Shown piece after piece: positions 40,269 to 49,645 of a DNA stretch of 64,000 nt. The stretch is taken from the NCBI GenBank assembly GCA_903856725.1, contig CAIOCT010000039.1, positions 26,034-90,033 of the forward strand, given 5' to 3'. The DNA comes from an uncultured Verrucomicrobiota bacterium. GTDB lineage: Bacteria; Verrucomicrobiota; Verrucomicrobiia; Opitutales; Opitutaceae. The notes under the pieces were generated by a model, which had not been told where the DNA came from, searched no databases, and was given only the letters and a program-made list of their open reading frames with translations. Position numbers and translations under genes: made by a program. Position 1 is the stretch's first letter, and each line of letters begins with the position of its first letter.

Positions 40269-42989
40269 ATGTCCTCGATCACCAAGAGCTACGAATCACG
40301 CGACGTTGAAAGTAAGTGGTATGCCGCCTGGCAACAGGCTGGCTGCTTCGCGGGTCAGCCGCACCCGACGCGCTCACCGTATTGTATTATGATTCCGCCG
40401 CCCAATGTAACGGGCGTGCTGACCATGGGTCACGTATTGAATAATACGATCCAGGACGTGCTCATCCGGCGCGCTCGCCTCGAGGGGCATGAAGCGCTGT
40501 GGCTACCGGGAACCGATCATGCGGGGATCGCGACGCAGACGGTGGTAGAGCGTGAATTGCGGAAGGAGAAGAAAACTCGCCATCATTTAGGTCGGGAGAA
40601 ATTCCTCGAGAAAGTCTGGTCGTGGCGCGAGGAGAAAGGCGGGATTATTTTGAAGCAATTACAGGCGCTGGGCGCCTCCGCTGATTGGAGTCGTACGCAA
40701 TTTACGATGGACCCGCATTATTCATCCGCGGTGCTCAAGGTGTTCGTCGATCTCTTCCAGAAGGGACACATCTATCGCGGCAAACGGATGGTTAATTGGT
40801 GCCCCGTGAGTCTGACGGCACTCTCTGATGAAGAAGTGATTATGAAGCCGGTTAAAGGTTTCATGTACCACGTTCGTTACGAGTTGGTGAATCAGCCGGG
40901 GAAGTTTATTGAAGTCAAAACCACTCGGCCGGAAACAATTCCTGGTGACGTGGCGATTGCGGTTCATCCCGATGATCCGCGTTACGCAGCGTTAGTTGGC
41001 CAGCAAGTTTGGCGGCCGCTGAATCGCGAAAAAATTACCATTATTGCGGATACCGCGGTGGATTTGCAGTTCGGCACCGGAGCGCTCAAAATCACCCCAG
41101 CGCACGACAAGGTAGATTTTGAGATTGGTCAGCGCCACCAATTGGCACCGATTGACGTGCTTAATCCTGATGGCACGCTCAATGAGTTGGCCGGTCCAGC
41201 ATTGGCTGGCCTGGAGCGTTTTGCCGCTCGTAAGCAGGCGGTCCTGTTGCTGCAGGAGGTAGGGGCGCTCGTGCAAGAAGAACCTTACGAGAATAATGTT
41301 GGTTATTCGGAGCGAGCTGATGTGCCGATTGAGCCGCGCCTTACCTGGCAGTGGTGGCTGCGTTATCCGAAAGTGGAGGAAGCTAAAACCGCCGTCCGCG
41401 ATGGTCATATTAAATTTCACCCTGAGCGTTGGTCCAAGGTTTACCTGCACTGGCTCGAAAATATTCAAGACTGGTGCATTAGTCGCCAGCTTTGGTGGGG
41501 GCATCGGATTCCTGTTTGGTATGCGAAGGGTTTTGATAAAGAGAAACTGACCGCTGCTGATCTGAATGATCCGACTAAGGTTCATGTCTCGCTGACAGGT
41601 CCCGTTGATCCTGCCAACTGGGTTCAGGAGGATGATGTGCTGGACACGTGGGCCTCGTCTTGGCTGTGGCCATTCGCGACGCTCGGGTGGCCAGACGGAG
41701 CCGCGATGAAGTCAGCCGGCTACGATTATTTTTACCCGACCACGACCCTGGTCACCGGCCCAGATATTATTTTCTTCTGGGTCGCTCGTATGATTATGGC
41801 CGGACTGGAATTTGTGCGCCCGGGCGAGTCGCTGGAGCGCCGGATACCTTTTAAGCATGTTTATTTTACCGGCATTATCCGTGACCAACAGGGGCGCAAG
41901 ATGTCCAAGTCTCTGGGCAATTCGCCTGATCCGCTTGATTTAATTGCGAAGTACGGTGCAGACGGCCTGCGCTTTGGCATTATTTCCATCGCGCCTCAAG
42001 GGCAGGATATTCGCTTTCAAGAAGACCGTATCGAGTCAGGAAAGAATTTTTGTAATAAATTATGGAATGCTTGTCGCTTTCGCCAAATGAGTGGAGCGAT
42101 GGCGGATAATTCTTCGATCGGGGCCGTGCTCGCTCGGCTAGAGCCAGCGAAATTCGACGCCGATGATCATGCGATTCTAGATCGTTTATTGGCGACCACG
42201 CACGAAGTTGATCGGTGCTTTACTGCCTTTGAATTTAGCGCGGCGGTCCAAGCCTTATATGGGTTTTTCTGGAATGACTTCTGCGATTGGTATGTCGAAG
42301 TTTCCAAGACCAAGCTGCAAACCCCAGCGACCAAAGATAATTGCTTAGCAATTCAAGATCTCGTGTTGCGGCAGATGTTGCTGTTGCTGCACCCCTTCAC
42401 GCCTTTTATCACTGAGGAGCTCTGGCAGCAATTAGGTTACGGCGCCGCCGGTACTTTCCTTATGCGCGACACTCCGCTTGGCAATTTGCCGAAGCTCGCA
42501 GCTCAGACCTTGCAACTGGATACCGCGGCGGCGGCACAGATCGGCCAATTAAAGGCGGTCGTGTCTCAGGTTCGCGCTTTCAAGGCCGAGCAGGGTGAAG
42601 CGGCGAGCAAGGTTTCAGAATTCATCGTTGAAACGACGGATGCTCACTGGACTGTCCTCGAGGTTAATTTGGGCAAGCTGTTGCGCATGATGGGGGCGAG
42701 CTCCATCGTCCGAGGAGCCATGTCTTCCGCCGCCCCGGCCATCGTAACTAATTATGGCTCATGGAATCTAATCAAACAGTTGAAGGGCGATCCCGTCGCA
42801 GAAAAAGCACGCTTAATTAAAGAGCTTGGCGCATTGGCTAAACACATAGCGGGGACAAGTGCGCGGCTCGCGAATGAGGCTTTTGTGAGCAAGGCCCCGC
42901 CAGCCGTTTTGGACGGCGCTCGCCAGCAGCTCGCTGAACAAAAAGCTAAACAAGCTGAACTGGAACGTTTATTAAAGGCGCTCGGCTGA
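40269..42989 (+). CDS. valS: Valyl-tRNA synthetase
   Basis: PPPNVTGVLTMGH (HIGH), GTDHAGIATQ, DWCISRQLWWGH, KMSKS, C-terminal coiled coil; start moved to MSSITK. Confidence 0.98.
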   Translation: MSSITKSYESRDVESKWYAAWQQAGCFAGQPHPTRSPYCIMIPPPNVTGVLTMGHVLNNTIQDVLIRRARLEGHEALWLPGTDHAGIATQTVVERELRKEKKTRHHLGREKFLEKVWSWREEKGGIILKQLQALGASADWSRTQFTMDPHYSSAVLKVFVDLFQKGHIYRGKRMVNWCPVSLTALSDEEVIMKPVKGFMYHVRYELVNQPGKFIEVKTTRPETIPGDVAIAVHPDDPRYAALVGQQVWRPLNREKITIIADTAVDLQFGTGALKITPAHDKVDFEIGQRHQLAPIDVLNPDGTLNELAGPALAGLERFAARKQAVLLLQEVGALVQEEPYENNVGYSERADVPIEPRLTWQWWLRYPKVEEAKTAVRDGHIKFHPERWSKVYLHWLENIQDWCISRQLWWGHRIPVWYAKGFDKEKLTAADLNDPTKVHVSLTGPVDPANWVQEDDVLDTWASSWLWPFATLGWPDGAAMKSAGYDYFYPTTTLVTGPDIIFFWVARMIMAGLEFVRPGESLERRIPFKHVYFTGIIRDQQGRKMSKSLGNSPDPLDLIAKYGADGLRFGIISIAPQGQDIRFQEDRIESGKNFCNKLWNACRFRQMSGAMADNSSIGAVLARLEPAKFDADDHAILDRLLATTHEVDRCFTAFEFSAAVQALYGFFWNDFCDWYVEVSKTKLQTPATKDNCLAIQDLVLRQMLLLLHPFTPFITEELWQQLGYGAAGTFLMRDTPLGNLPKLAAQTLQLDTAAAAQIGQLKAVVSQVRAFKAEQGEAASKVSEFIVETTDAHWTVLEVNLGKLLRMMGASSIVRGAMSSAAPAIVTNYGSWNLIKQLKGDPVAEKARLIKELGALAKHIAGTSARLANEAFVSKAPPAVLDGARQQLAEQKAKQAELERLLKALG

Positions 42990-43048
42990 ATGCCTAGCTG
43001 CGCAGGGCTTGCCTGTTCTGGGGATATTTATCTAGCTCCTAATCATTC

Positions 43049-44083
43049 ATGAAAAAAGCACTGATTACCGGCATCACCGGCCAAGATGGTTCTTACCTCG
43101 CCGAGTTGCTGCTCGCGAAGGGCTACGAGGTGCACGGCATCATTCGCCGAGCTTCGACCTTTAACACCAGCCGGATTGATCACTTGAATTTTGACCGTCA
43201 CGCTAACGGGGCCAAGTTAACCCTCCACTACGGGGATCTCGCGGATGCGGTGCAGATGGTGAAGCTGCTCTATGAATTGCAGCCGGATGAAATTTATAAT
43301 CTGGCGGCGCAATCACACGTGCGCGTGTCGTTCGACATTCCGGAATATACCGGTGATATCGATGGGCAGGGGGCGCTGCGTATTCTGGAAGCTATTCGCG
43401 AAGCGGGGTTGGTTAAGAAGACGCGTTTTTATCAAGCTTCGTCCTCAGAAATGTTCGGCAAGGTACAGGAGGTGCCGCAGACCGAGACCACGCCCTTTTG
43501 GCCACGTTCGCCCTATGGTTGCGCCAAGGTTTACGCCTACTGGCTGACGGTGAATTTTCGCGAGAGCTACAATCTTCATGCGAGCAATGGTATTTTATTT
43601 AACCATGAGTCGCCGCGGCGTGGTGAAACTTTTGTGACGCGTAAAATCACGCGAGCGGCCACGCGCATCAAATTGGGCCTCCAGGACTCCATTTACCTCG
43701 GGAACATCGACGCCAAGCGTGATTGGGGTTATGCCAAGGAATATGTGGAAATGATGTGGCTCATGCTGCAGCAAGATAAGCCTGATGATTACGTCGTTGC
43801 GACCAATGAGACGCATAGCGTGCAGGAATTTTGTGAAGTAGCCTTCGGTTTATTGGACTTGGATTGGGCCAAATATGTTAAGCACGACGCTCGATATGAG
43901 CGCCCCGCCGAAGTTGAATTGCTGATTGGTAATCCGGCTAAGGCGGAAAAGCAGCTCGGCTGGAAGCCCAAAGTGCTCTTTAAGGATTTGGTGAAGATCA
44001 TGGTTGAGCATGATCTGGAGCTCGCCAAACGCGAAGCGCAGATCGCTTGTTTGCCTTCGCCGCATAAGTCAGCGCACGCATGA
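43049..44083 (+). CDS. gmd: GDP-mannose 4,6-dehydratase
   Basis: [42 protein letters not shown]. Confidence 0.97.
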   Translation: MKKALITGITGQDGSYLAELLLAKGYEVHGIIRRASTFNTSRIDHLNFDRHANGAKLTLHYGDLADAVQMVKLLYELQPDEIYNLAAQSHVRVSFDIPEYTGDIDGQGALRILEAIREAGLVKKTRFYQASSSEMFGKVQEVPQTETTPFWPRSPYGCAKVYAYWLTVNFRESYNLHASNGILFNHESPRRGETFVTRKITRAATRIKLGLQDSIYLGNIDAKRDWGYAKEYVEMMWLMLQQDKPDDYVVATNETHSVQEFCEVAFGLLDLDWAKYVKHDARYERPAEVELLIGNPAKAEKQLGWKPKVLFKDLVKIMVEHDLELAKREAQIACLPSPHKSAHA

Positions 44084-45015
44084 AGCTATTCGTTGCCGGC
44101 CATCAGGGCATGGTAGGTGCGGCACTCGTGCGCCGCTTCCAGCGTGACCCGGGGGTTAATTTATTGCTCCGGACTCGCGCGGAGCTTGATCTGAGCAATC
44201 AGGCTGCGGTGGCCGCTTTTTTTGCCACTGAAAAACCGGATGTCGCGATCATCGCCGCGGCTAAAGTGGGTGGCATTCACGCTAATAGTACGTATCCAGC
44301 TGAATTTTTATTTGAGAATCTCGCTATCGCCGCGAATACAATCCATGGCGCCTATCGCGCGGGAGTGCCCCGATTATTATTTTTGGGCAGCTCATGCATC
44401 TATCCTAAGCTAGCAGCTCAGCCGATGGCGGAGACCTGCCTGCTGACTGGAGCGCTTGAGTCGACGAATGAGGCCTATGCGATTGCGAAGATCGCGGGCT
44501 TAAAGCTTTGCGAGTATTATCGGAAGCAATACGGGGTGCTCTATCATGCTGCCATGCCGACGAACCTTTATGGTCCGGGCGACAATTATCATGCGCAAAA
44601 TTCGCACGTGCTCCCGGCCCTTATTCGGAAATTTCATGAGGCCAAGGTGGCCGGCCGTCCCGAAGTGGTGGCTTGGGGAACGGGCAAGCCCCAGCGGGAG
44701 TTTTTATATGTGGATGAACTCGCTGATGCTTGTGCATTCTTGCTGAAGTTGGCGAATCCGCCCGACCTGATTAACGTGGGTACAGGCTCAGATGTTACAA
44801 TCAAAGAGCTGACGGAGCTGGTAGCAGCCGCGACAGGCTTCGCGGGGAAAATTACTTGGGATGCGACCAAACCCGATGGGACTCCGCGTAAATTGATGGA
44901 TGTGGGGCGGCTGACCGCGCTCGGCTGGCAGGCGCAGATCAGTCTGCGCGAGGGTATCGCTAAGACTTATGCGAGCTTCCTCGCTGAGCAGGCGACGGGT
45001 CGGTGGCGGGGCTGA
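44080..45015 (+). CDS. fcl: GDP-L-fucose synthase
   Basis: [36 protein letters not shown]. Confidence 0.96.
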   Translation: MKLFVAGHQGMVGAALVRRFQRDPGVNLLLRTRAELDLSNQAAVAAFFATEKPDVAIIAAAKVGGIHANSTYPAEFLFENLAIAANTIHGAYRAGVPRLLFLGSSCIYPKLAAQPMAETCLLTGALESTNEAYAIAKIAGLKLCEYYRKQYGVLYHAAMPTNLYGPGDNYHAQNSHVLPALIRKFHEAKVAGRPEVVAWGTGKPQREFLYVDELADACAFLLKLANPPDLINVGTGSDVTIKELTELVAAATGFAGKITWDATKPDGTPRKLMDVGRLTALGWQAQISLREGIAKTYASFLAEQATGRWRG

Positions 45016-45078
45016 AAATAGGCCAGAGGCGAGTTTCCGCTTGCGGAGGGGGCGCGAGTGCCAAGCTTGAGGGTCGCC

Positions 45079-46222
45079 ATGATTGAACCTGAGACCTTTT
45101 CCCACCTTGAGAACATAAAGAAGCGTGCCGGCTACTTATGGAGGTTTCTTTGACGTCGAACAAAAGCAGCGAGAAATAGAGGCGTTGGAGGCGCAGATGG
45201 GTGAGCCAGGTTTTTGGGATGCCCCTGATCGGGCCCAAAAGCACATCGCCAAGGTCAATGGATTGAAGCGCATTATTAGCGGCTTGGTGACTTTCAATAA
45301 GCGTGTCGATGACGCCACGGTTATGGTGGAGCTAATCGAAGCCTCTTCACCTGCGGAGCAGGAGGAGTATGCTAAAGAGCTCAATGTCTCGGTGCCGGCA
45401 ATGGTCGAGGATCTGGATAAGCTCGAGATTGCCTCGTTCCTCACCGGCCAGTTCGATCGCAACAACGCTATTTTTAGTATTCAGGCCGGCGCCGGCGGCA
45501 CGGAGTCCAATGATTGGGCTGATATTTTGTTCCGGATGTTTTCACGCTGGACGGAGCGGAAGGGCTATACGATCGAGCTGATGGATGTGCAGCCGGGTGA
45601 TACGGCGGGTATTTCCAAAGCGACCATTCTCATCAAGGGCGAGAATGCCTATGGCTACGCGAAGGCTGAGCGCGGGGTGCACCGGCTTGTGCGCATTAGT
45701 CCCTTTGATTCTAATAAACGCCGGCACACCTCGTTCTGCGCGGTTGATGTCGTGGCGGAAATTACGGAGGAAGTTGCGATTGATATTCCAGAAGACGAAA
45801 TCCGCACGGATGTGTATCGTTCTTCCGGCAAAGGCGGCCAAGGTGTTAACACGACCGATTCGGCCGTGCGACTGACGCACATGCCTTCGGGAATTGTCGT
45901 CGTTTGCCAAAACGAACGTTCACAAATCAAGAACAAGGCGACGGCCATGGTCGTATTGAAAGCCCGCCTCTACGAGAAACGGTTGGATGATAAGCGCAGT
46001 GAGATGGAAAAATTTTACGGCGAGAAGGGTGAAATTGGATTCGGCAGTCAAATTCGCAGCTACGTGCTCCAGCCCTACCAAATGGTAAAAGACCTGCGCA
46101 CGGGCGTTAGCACGAGTGATACCCAGGGGGTCCTCGACGGTGATCTCGACCGCTTCATTTACGGTTGGTTGCGTGCGGGCTGCCCGCGGCATCGCAACAA
46201 AGATATTCAGATGGATGACTAA
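45079..46222 (+). CDS. prfB: Peptide chain release factor 2, translated through a programmed +1 frameshift
   Basis: ATG at 45079 gives [24 protein letters not shown], then CTT TGA C; the +1 frame continues DVEQKQ; SPF and GGQ motifs present. Confidence 0.97.
45138..45154 (+). promoter_or_regulatory. prfB autoregulatory +1 frameshift cassette
   Basis: SD-like GGAGG followed by TTT CTT TGA C. Confidence 0.93.
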
Positions 46223-46273
46223 TCTTTTTCTCGTTCCAGCTAACCAAGCGAGCGACTGAACAATTACCGTCCC

Positions 46274-47713
46274 ATGTCTGCCTTGTCCTACGAGACACTC
46301 CGCGCCGCTTTTGACGGCCAGTCGCTGTTTGAGAATAAGACCTGGCAGTTGTCCCCAGAAGCCTGGTCCTTGACGCCAGAGCAAGTTACCCAGTTGGAGC
46401 AGATCGGGGCGGCGTGTTTAGAATTCCACCAAGCGCTGGAGATTCTTTATCTCCGCTCCGTGGCCGGAAAAAATTTGCTGCGGAACAAGTCATTATTAGC
46501 GCCGTGGGTGGCTGATTACTTGGATCGCGGTAAGCCGGCTACTTTAGTGGAGCATGCGCGTGACCCCAAAAATCGGGGAGCTTTCCCCACGGTGCTGCGC
46601 CCTGACCTTTTATTGACCGATGATGGCTTTGTGCTCACAGAACTGGATTCAGTCCCCGGGGGAATTGGTCTGACGGCATTTTTAAATCGGCTGTATAGCT
46701 CAGGGGGCTCTGCGGCGACGCCGGTGATGGGTGGTGAGACGATCCTCGGTGCGGGTGATCGCATGGTGGAGAATTTTTACCAAGCCCTAGCGACGTTACG
46801 TCCTGAGTCGAGAAACCCGCTCATCGTCATTCTCGTCAGTGAGGAAGCGGCGACTTACCGTCCGGAGATGCGGTGGTTGGCCGAGCAATTGCAGCGACTA
46901 GGTCGGCGGGTTTATTGTCTGCGCCCAGAGGATGTGTTCCCCCTCGGGGGCGAATTATTTTTCGCGGTCGAGGGCACGCCGGAGAAAATTGATATTATTT
47001 ATCGTTTTTTTGAGCTCTTTGACTGGGCGAATGTGCGAATTGCGGCAGATATTTTAGAGGCCTGGCAGAGTGGGGCCGTGACGATTTCTCCCCCGATGCG
47101 GCCTTTTCAGGAGGAGAAATTAGCTTTGGCTTTATTTCATCATCATCTCTTGCCCGAATTTTGGGCGGAAAATATTAGCCGATCGCATTTGGAGTTACTG
47201 CGGAAAATCATCCCGGCATCTTGGGTAATGGATCCCGCGGTGCTTCCGCCTGGGGCGGTTTTAGATGGCCCGCGGGTCGGTGGCCGTTTGCTCAATGACT
47301 GGCGCGAGCTCAGTGGGGCCTCGCAGAAAGAGCGGGATTTAATTATCAAGATTTCTGGTTTTCACGAAACAGCGTGGGGCGCGCGCAGTGTAATTTTGGG
47401 CAGTGATTGTTCGCGCGAAGAGTGGCAAGCGGGCGTGGCACAGGCGTTGGCGTTAGCTCCGCACAATTTGCATCTGCTGCAAGAGTACAAAAAGCCGCGG
47501 CGACTCGAGCACTTGCTCTACGAGGAAAATGCACCGAATCAGGCGGCCGTAGCCAAGGCCGGCCGGCTCCGATTGTGCCCTTACTATTTTGTGGTAGCAG
47601 GGCAGGCTCGTTTATCGGGAGCCTTGGCCACGTTTTGCCCGCCGGACAAAAAAATTATTCACGGAATGGTTGATGCAGCCTTATTGCCATCGCGAGGGTT
47701 GCCCTTGGGCTAG
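46274..47713 (+). CDS. Uncharacterised glutathionylspermidine-synthase-like (circularly permuted) ATP-grasp ligase
   Basis: RPDLLLTDDGFVLTELDSVPGGIG, YRFFELFD, LIIKISG, LQEY, RLCPYY motifs. Confidence 0.7.
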   Translation: MSALSYETLRAAFDGQSLFENKTWQLSPEAWSLTPEQVTQLEQIGAACLEFHQALEILYLRSVAGKNLLRNKSLLAPWVADYLDRGKPATLVEHARDPKNRGAFPTVLRPDLLLTDDGFVLTELDSVPGGIGLTAFLNRLYSSGGSAATPVMGGETILGAGDRMVENFYQALATLRPESRNPLIVILVSEEAATYRPEMRWLAEQLQRLGRRVYCLRPEDVFPLGGELFFAVEGTPEKIDIIYRFFELFDWANVRIAADILEAWQSGAVTISPPMRPFQEEKLALALFHHHLLPEFWAENISRSHLELLRKIIPASWVMDPAVLPPGAVLDGPRVGGRLLNDWRELSGASQKERDLIIKISGFHETAWGARSVILGSDCSREEWQAGVAQALALAPHNLHLLQEYKKPRRLEHLLYEENAPNQAAVAKAGRLRLCPYYFVVAGQARLSGALATFCPPDKKIIHGMVDAALLPSRGLPLG

Positions 47714-47949
47714 AGCTCGGACCCTATTTTCAGGCTTAAATTCTGCGTTTATCCGCCGCTGCATTTGTGGATCGAGTTCAGTTTACCCCGCACACTTGTT
47801 TGCGGCCGTTCCCAATGGTTTGCGGCCCAAGATGAGTTGAGCGCATGGATGCGAGGACTCAGGCTCGGCGGCAGGGCGGGTCGCCGTGGGGCAGTCTATC
47901 CACGGGCTAGGCCCCGCCTATGCCGAGTTGAGGTGCAGGGCCTGATTGA

Positions 47950-48201
47950 TCAGGCCACTGCGACCTGACCGGCAAGCGCGGGCGCAGTGCTCTGTTTGGC
48001 CAGATGATTGAAGAACTGATCACGACGCTCGCGGGCGGTCGTGAGGCACTTAGTGCCCAAGGAGCGGCGAATGCGCTCTTTTGTAAATGGGGTCGGGTAG
48101 ACCGTGTAATGCAAAAACCACGTTCCGTTGTTATTCCAGAGGTGGTGGTTGGGGTTGGCTTCGCTGATGCGAAGGGCGGCGAGGGTGATGACGTTAGACA
48201 T
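47950..48201 (-). CDS. 83-aa conserved hypothetical protein resembling an integrase arm-type DNA-binding domain
   Basis: HLWNNNGTWFLHYTV..RIRRSLGTKCLTTARERRD; three predicted strands plus a helix; downstream of a SAM riboswitch. Confidence 0.8.
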   Translation of the reverse strand: MSNVITLAALRISEANPNHHLWNNNGTWFLHYTVYPTPFTKERIRRSLGTKCLTTARERRDQFFNHLAKQSTAPALAGQVAVA

Positions 48202-48254
48202 GATGCGTGAGCGGTTGAGTTTTAACTAATCGTTCGCGCACCAGGGTGTTCCCT

Positions 48255-48300
48255 AAAAAACGAAAGCCGCCTGAGAGCATCAGGCGGCTTTCCGTTTTTT
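48255..48300 (-). terminator. Intrinsic terminator forming the riboswitch expression platform
   Basis: Minus strand AAAGCCGCCTGA-tgctc-TCAGGCGGCTTT then CGTTTTTT, between the aptamer and the 83-aa ORF. Confidence 0.85.
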
Positions 48301-48338
48301 GAGGAGGAGTTTTTTTGTTAGAAGGTGTTACCCCTCTC

Positions 48339-48433
48339 ACATCCGGGTGACTTGCGTCACTCGAAACCACCGTGATCACTCCTAGACCCGGTTGGCAGAA
48401 CCGACTGTTGCCAGTCGATCCTTTCCTGATGCG
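48339..48433 (-). ncRNA. SAM-I-clan riboswitch (SAM-I or SAM-I/IV variant)
   Basis: P1 GCATC/GATGT; ATCAGGAA J1/2; P2 AGGATCGACT/AGTCGGTTCT; P3 GCCAACC..GGTGGT (covariant of GGCAACC..GGTGCC); P4 GTGAC-GCAA-GTCAC. Confidence 0.8.
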
Positions 48434-48794
48434 AGGCGGAGCGTGCGAATCAGCGAACGGAAGACCAGATAAATTTTATTCGAGACTTATCTTCTGATAA
48501 TTATTAATTAATAAATATATGCTATATATATACTTACGTTATATGATGTGTCGAAAAAAATTATAATTTAATGAATTCAGTGGGTAAGTGCAGGGCCTAA
48601 TAATTGCTGCGTGAGAATTATTTTTAAGTCTGCAGTCAGATCGGTCACTTCACCTGTGAGGGTGTTATGGTGACAGTTAACCGGCCTTTCACTCCGCGTT
48701 TTCCGTATCCTCCGCATTTCATTAAGATTTTTAAAATTAGCAGAGCGCTGGCGCGCTGGCATTTGCTTTTTAGCCAACTTTGCTAAGTTGGCTG

Positions 48795-49559
48795 ATGCTC
48801 CGTCTTGATGATATTCGCACCCAAATTGCCCCAGCCCGAGCTCGTTTGCTCGCTCATCCACTCTACGCGCGGATGTCCTCGCTTGATGATGTGCAGCGTT
48901 TCATGGAATCGCACGCTTTTGCGGTTTGGGATTTCATGTCGCTCCTCAAGCGACTCCAGCGCGACCTGACATGCCTTGATCTTCCCTGGGTTCCGGTGGG
49001 TGAGGCGGAGGTGCGTTTCCTGATCAATGAAATTGTGTGCGGGGAAGAGTCAGACATCGATCCTGCCGGGACGCGGATAAGCCATTTTGAGCTCTATCTG
49101 CGCGCGATGCATGAAGCTGGGGCGGTCGCCACGGCAATCAGTGGAGCCCTCGCCAGCGTGCGTGCTGGTGGAGCCACTGCAGTGGCACTGAAGAAAGCGG
49201 GAGTGCCTTTAGGTGCAGCGGAATTTTCTGCGGAGACCTTTCGGCTGGCTGCTCAGGGTAAAACGCATGAAGTGGCGGCTGCTTTCACCTTTGGGCGAGA
49301 AGATTTAATTCCGGATATGTTCATGCAACTCGTCACGCGGTTAAGCCGCGAGCATCCGGGGAAACTTGATACATTTCGCTATTATTTAGAGCGGCACATT
49401 GAGGTCGATGGTGGTCATCATGGCGCCATCGCTCTGCGGATGGTGGCGCGACTCTGTGGCGACGATGATCTGAAATGGCAGGAAGCGGCGCGCGCGGCCC
49501 TCGCGTCGATTGAGGCCCGCATTCGCCTGTGGGACGCAATCGTCGCCGCGTTGCGTTAG
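48795..49559 (+). CDS. DUF3050-family heme-oxygenase-like (HDO) di-iron protein
   Basis: FMESHAFAVWDFMSLLK, EESD..SHFELY, AFTFGREDLIP, YLERHIEVDGGHH; start moved to MLRLDD. Confidence 0.85.
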   Translation: MLRLDDIRTQIAPARARLLAHPLYARMSSLDDVQRFMESHAFAVWDFMSLLKRLQRDLTCLDLPWVPVGEAEVRFLINEIVCGEESDIDPAGTRISHFELYLRAMHEAGAVATAISGALASVRAGGATAVALKKAGVPLGAAEFSAETFRLAAQGKTHEVAAAFTFGREDLIPDMFMQLVTRLSREHPGKLDTFRYYLERHIEVDGGHHGAIALRMVARLCGDDDLKWQEAARAALASIEARIRLWDAIVAALR

Positions 49560-49583
49560 GGCGCCGCCACCATTATAGCTCAT

Positions 49584-49608
49584 AAAAAAGCCGGACGCAG
49601 GTCCGGCT
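49584..49608 (-). terminator. Intrinsic terminator of sucCD
   Basis: Minus strand AGCCGGAC-ctgc-GTCCGGCT followed by a T run. Confidence 0.75.
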
Positions 49609-49645
49609 CTTGATCCTAACGAATCTCCTGATGAAACCCTGCGGA

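Noticed and set aside
48577-48861. 94-aa minus-strand ORF upstream of the SAM riboswitch
   Set aside because: Overlaps the start of the DUF3050 gene, has no recognisable motif, and runs through low-complexity sequence
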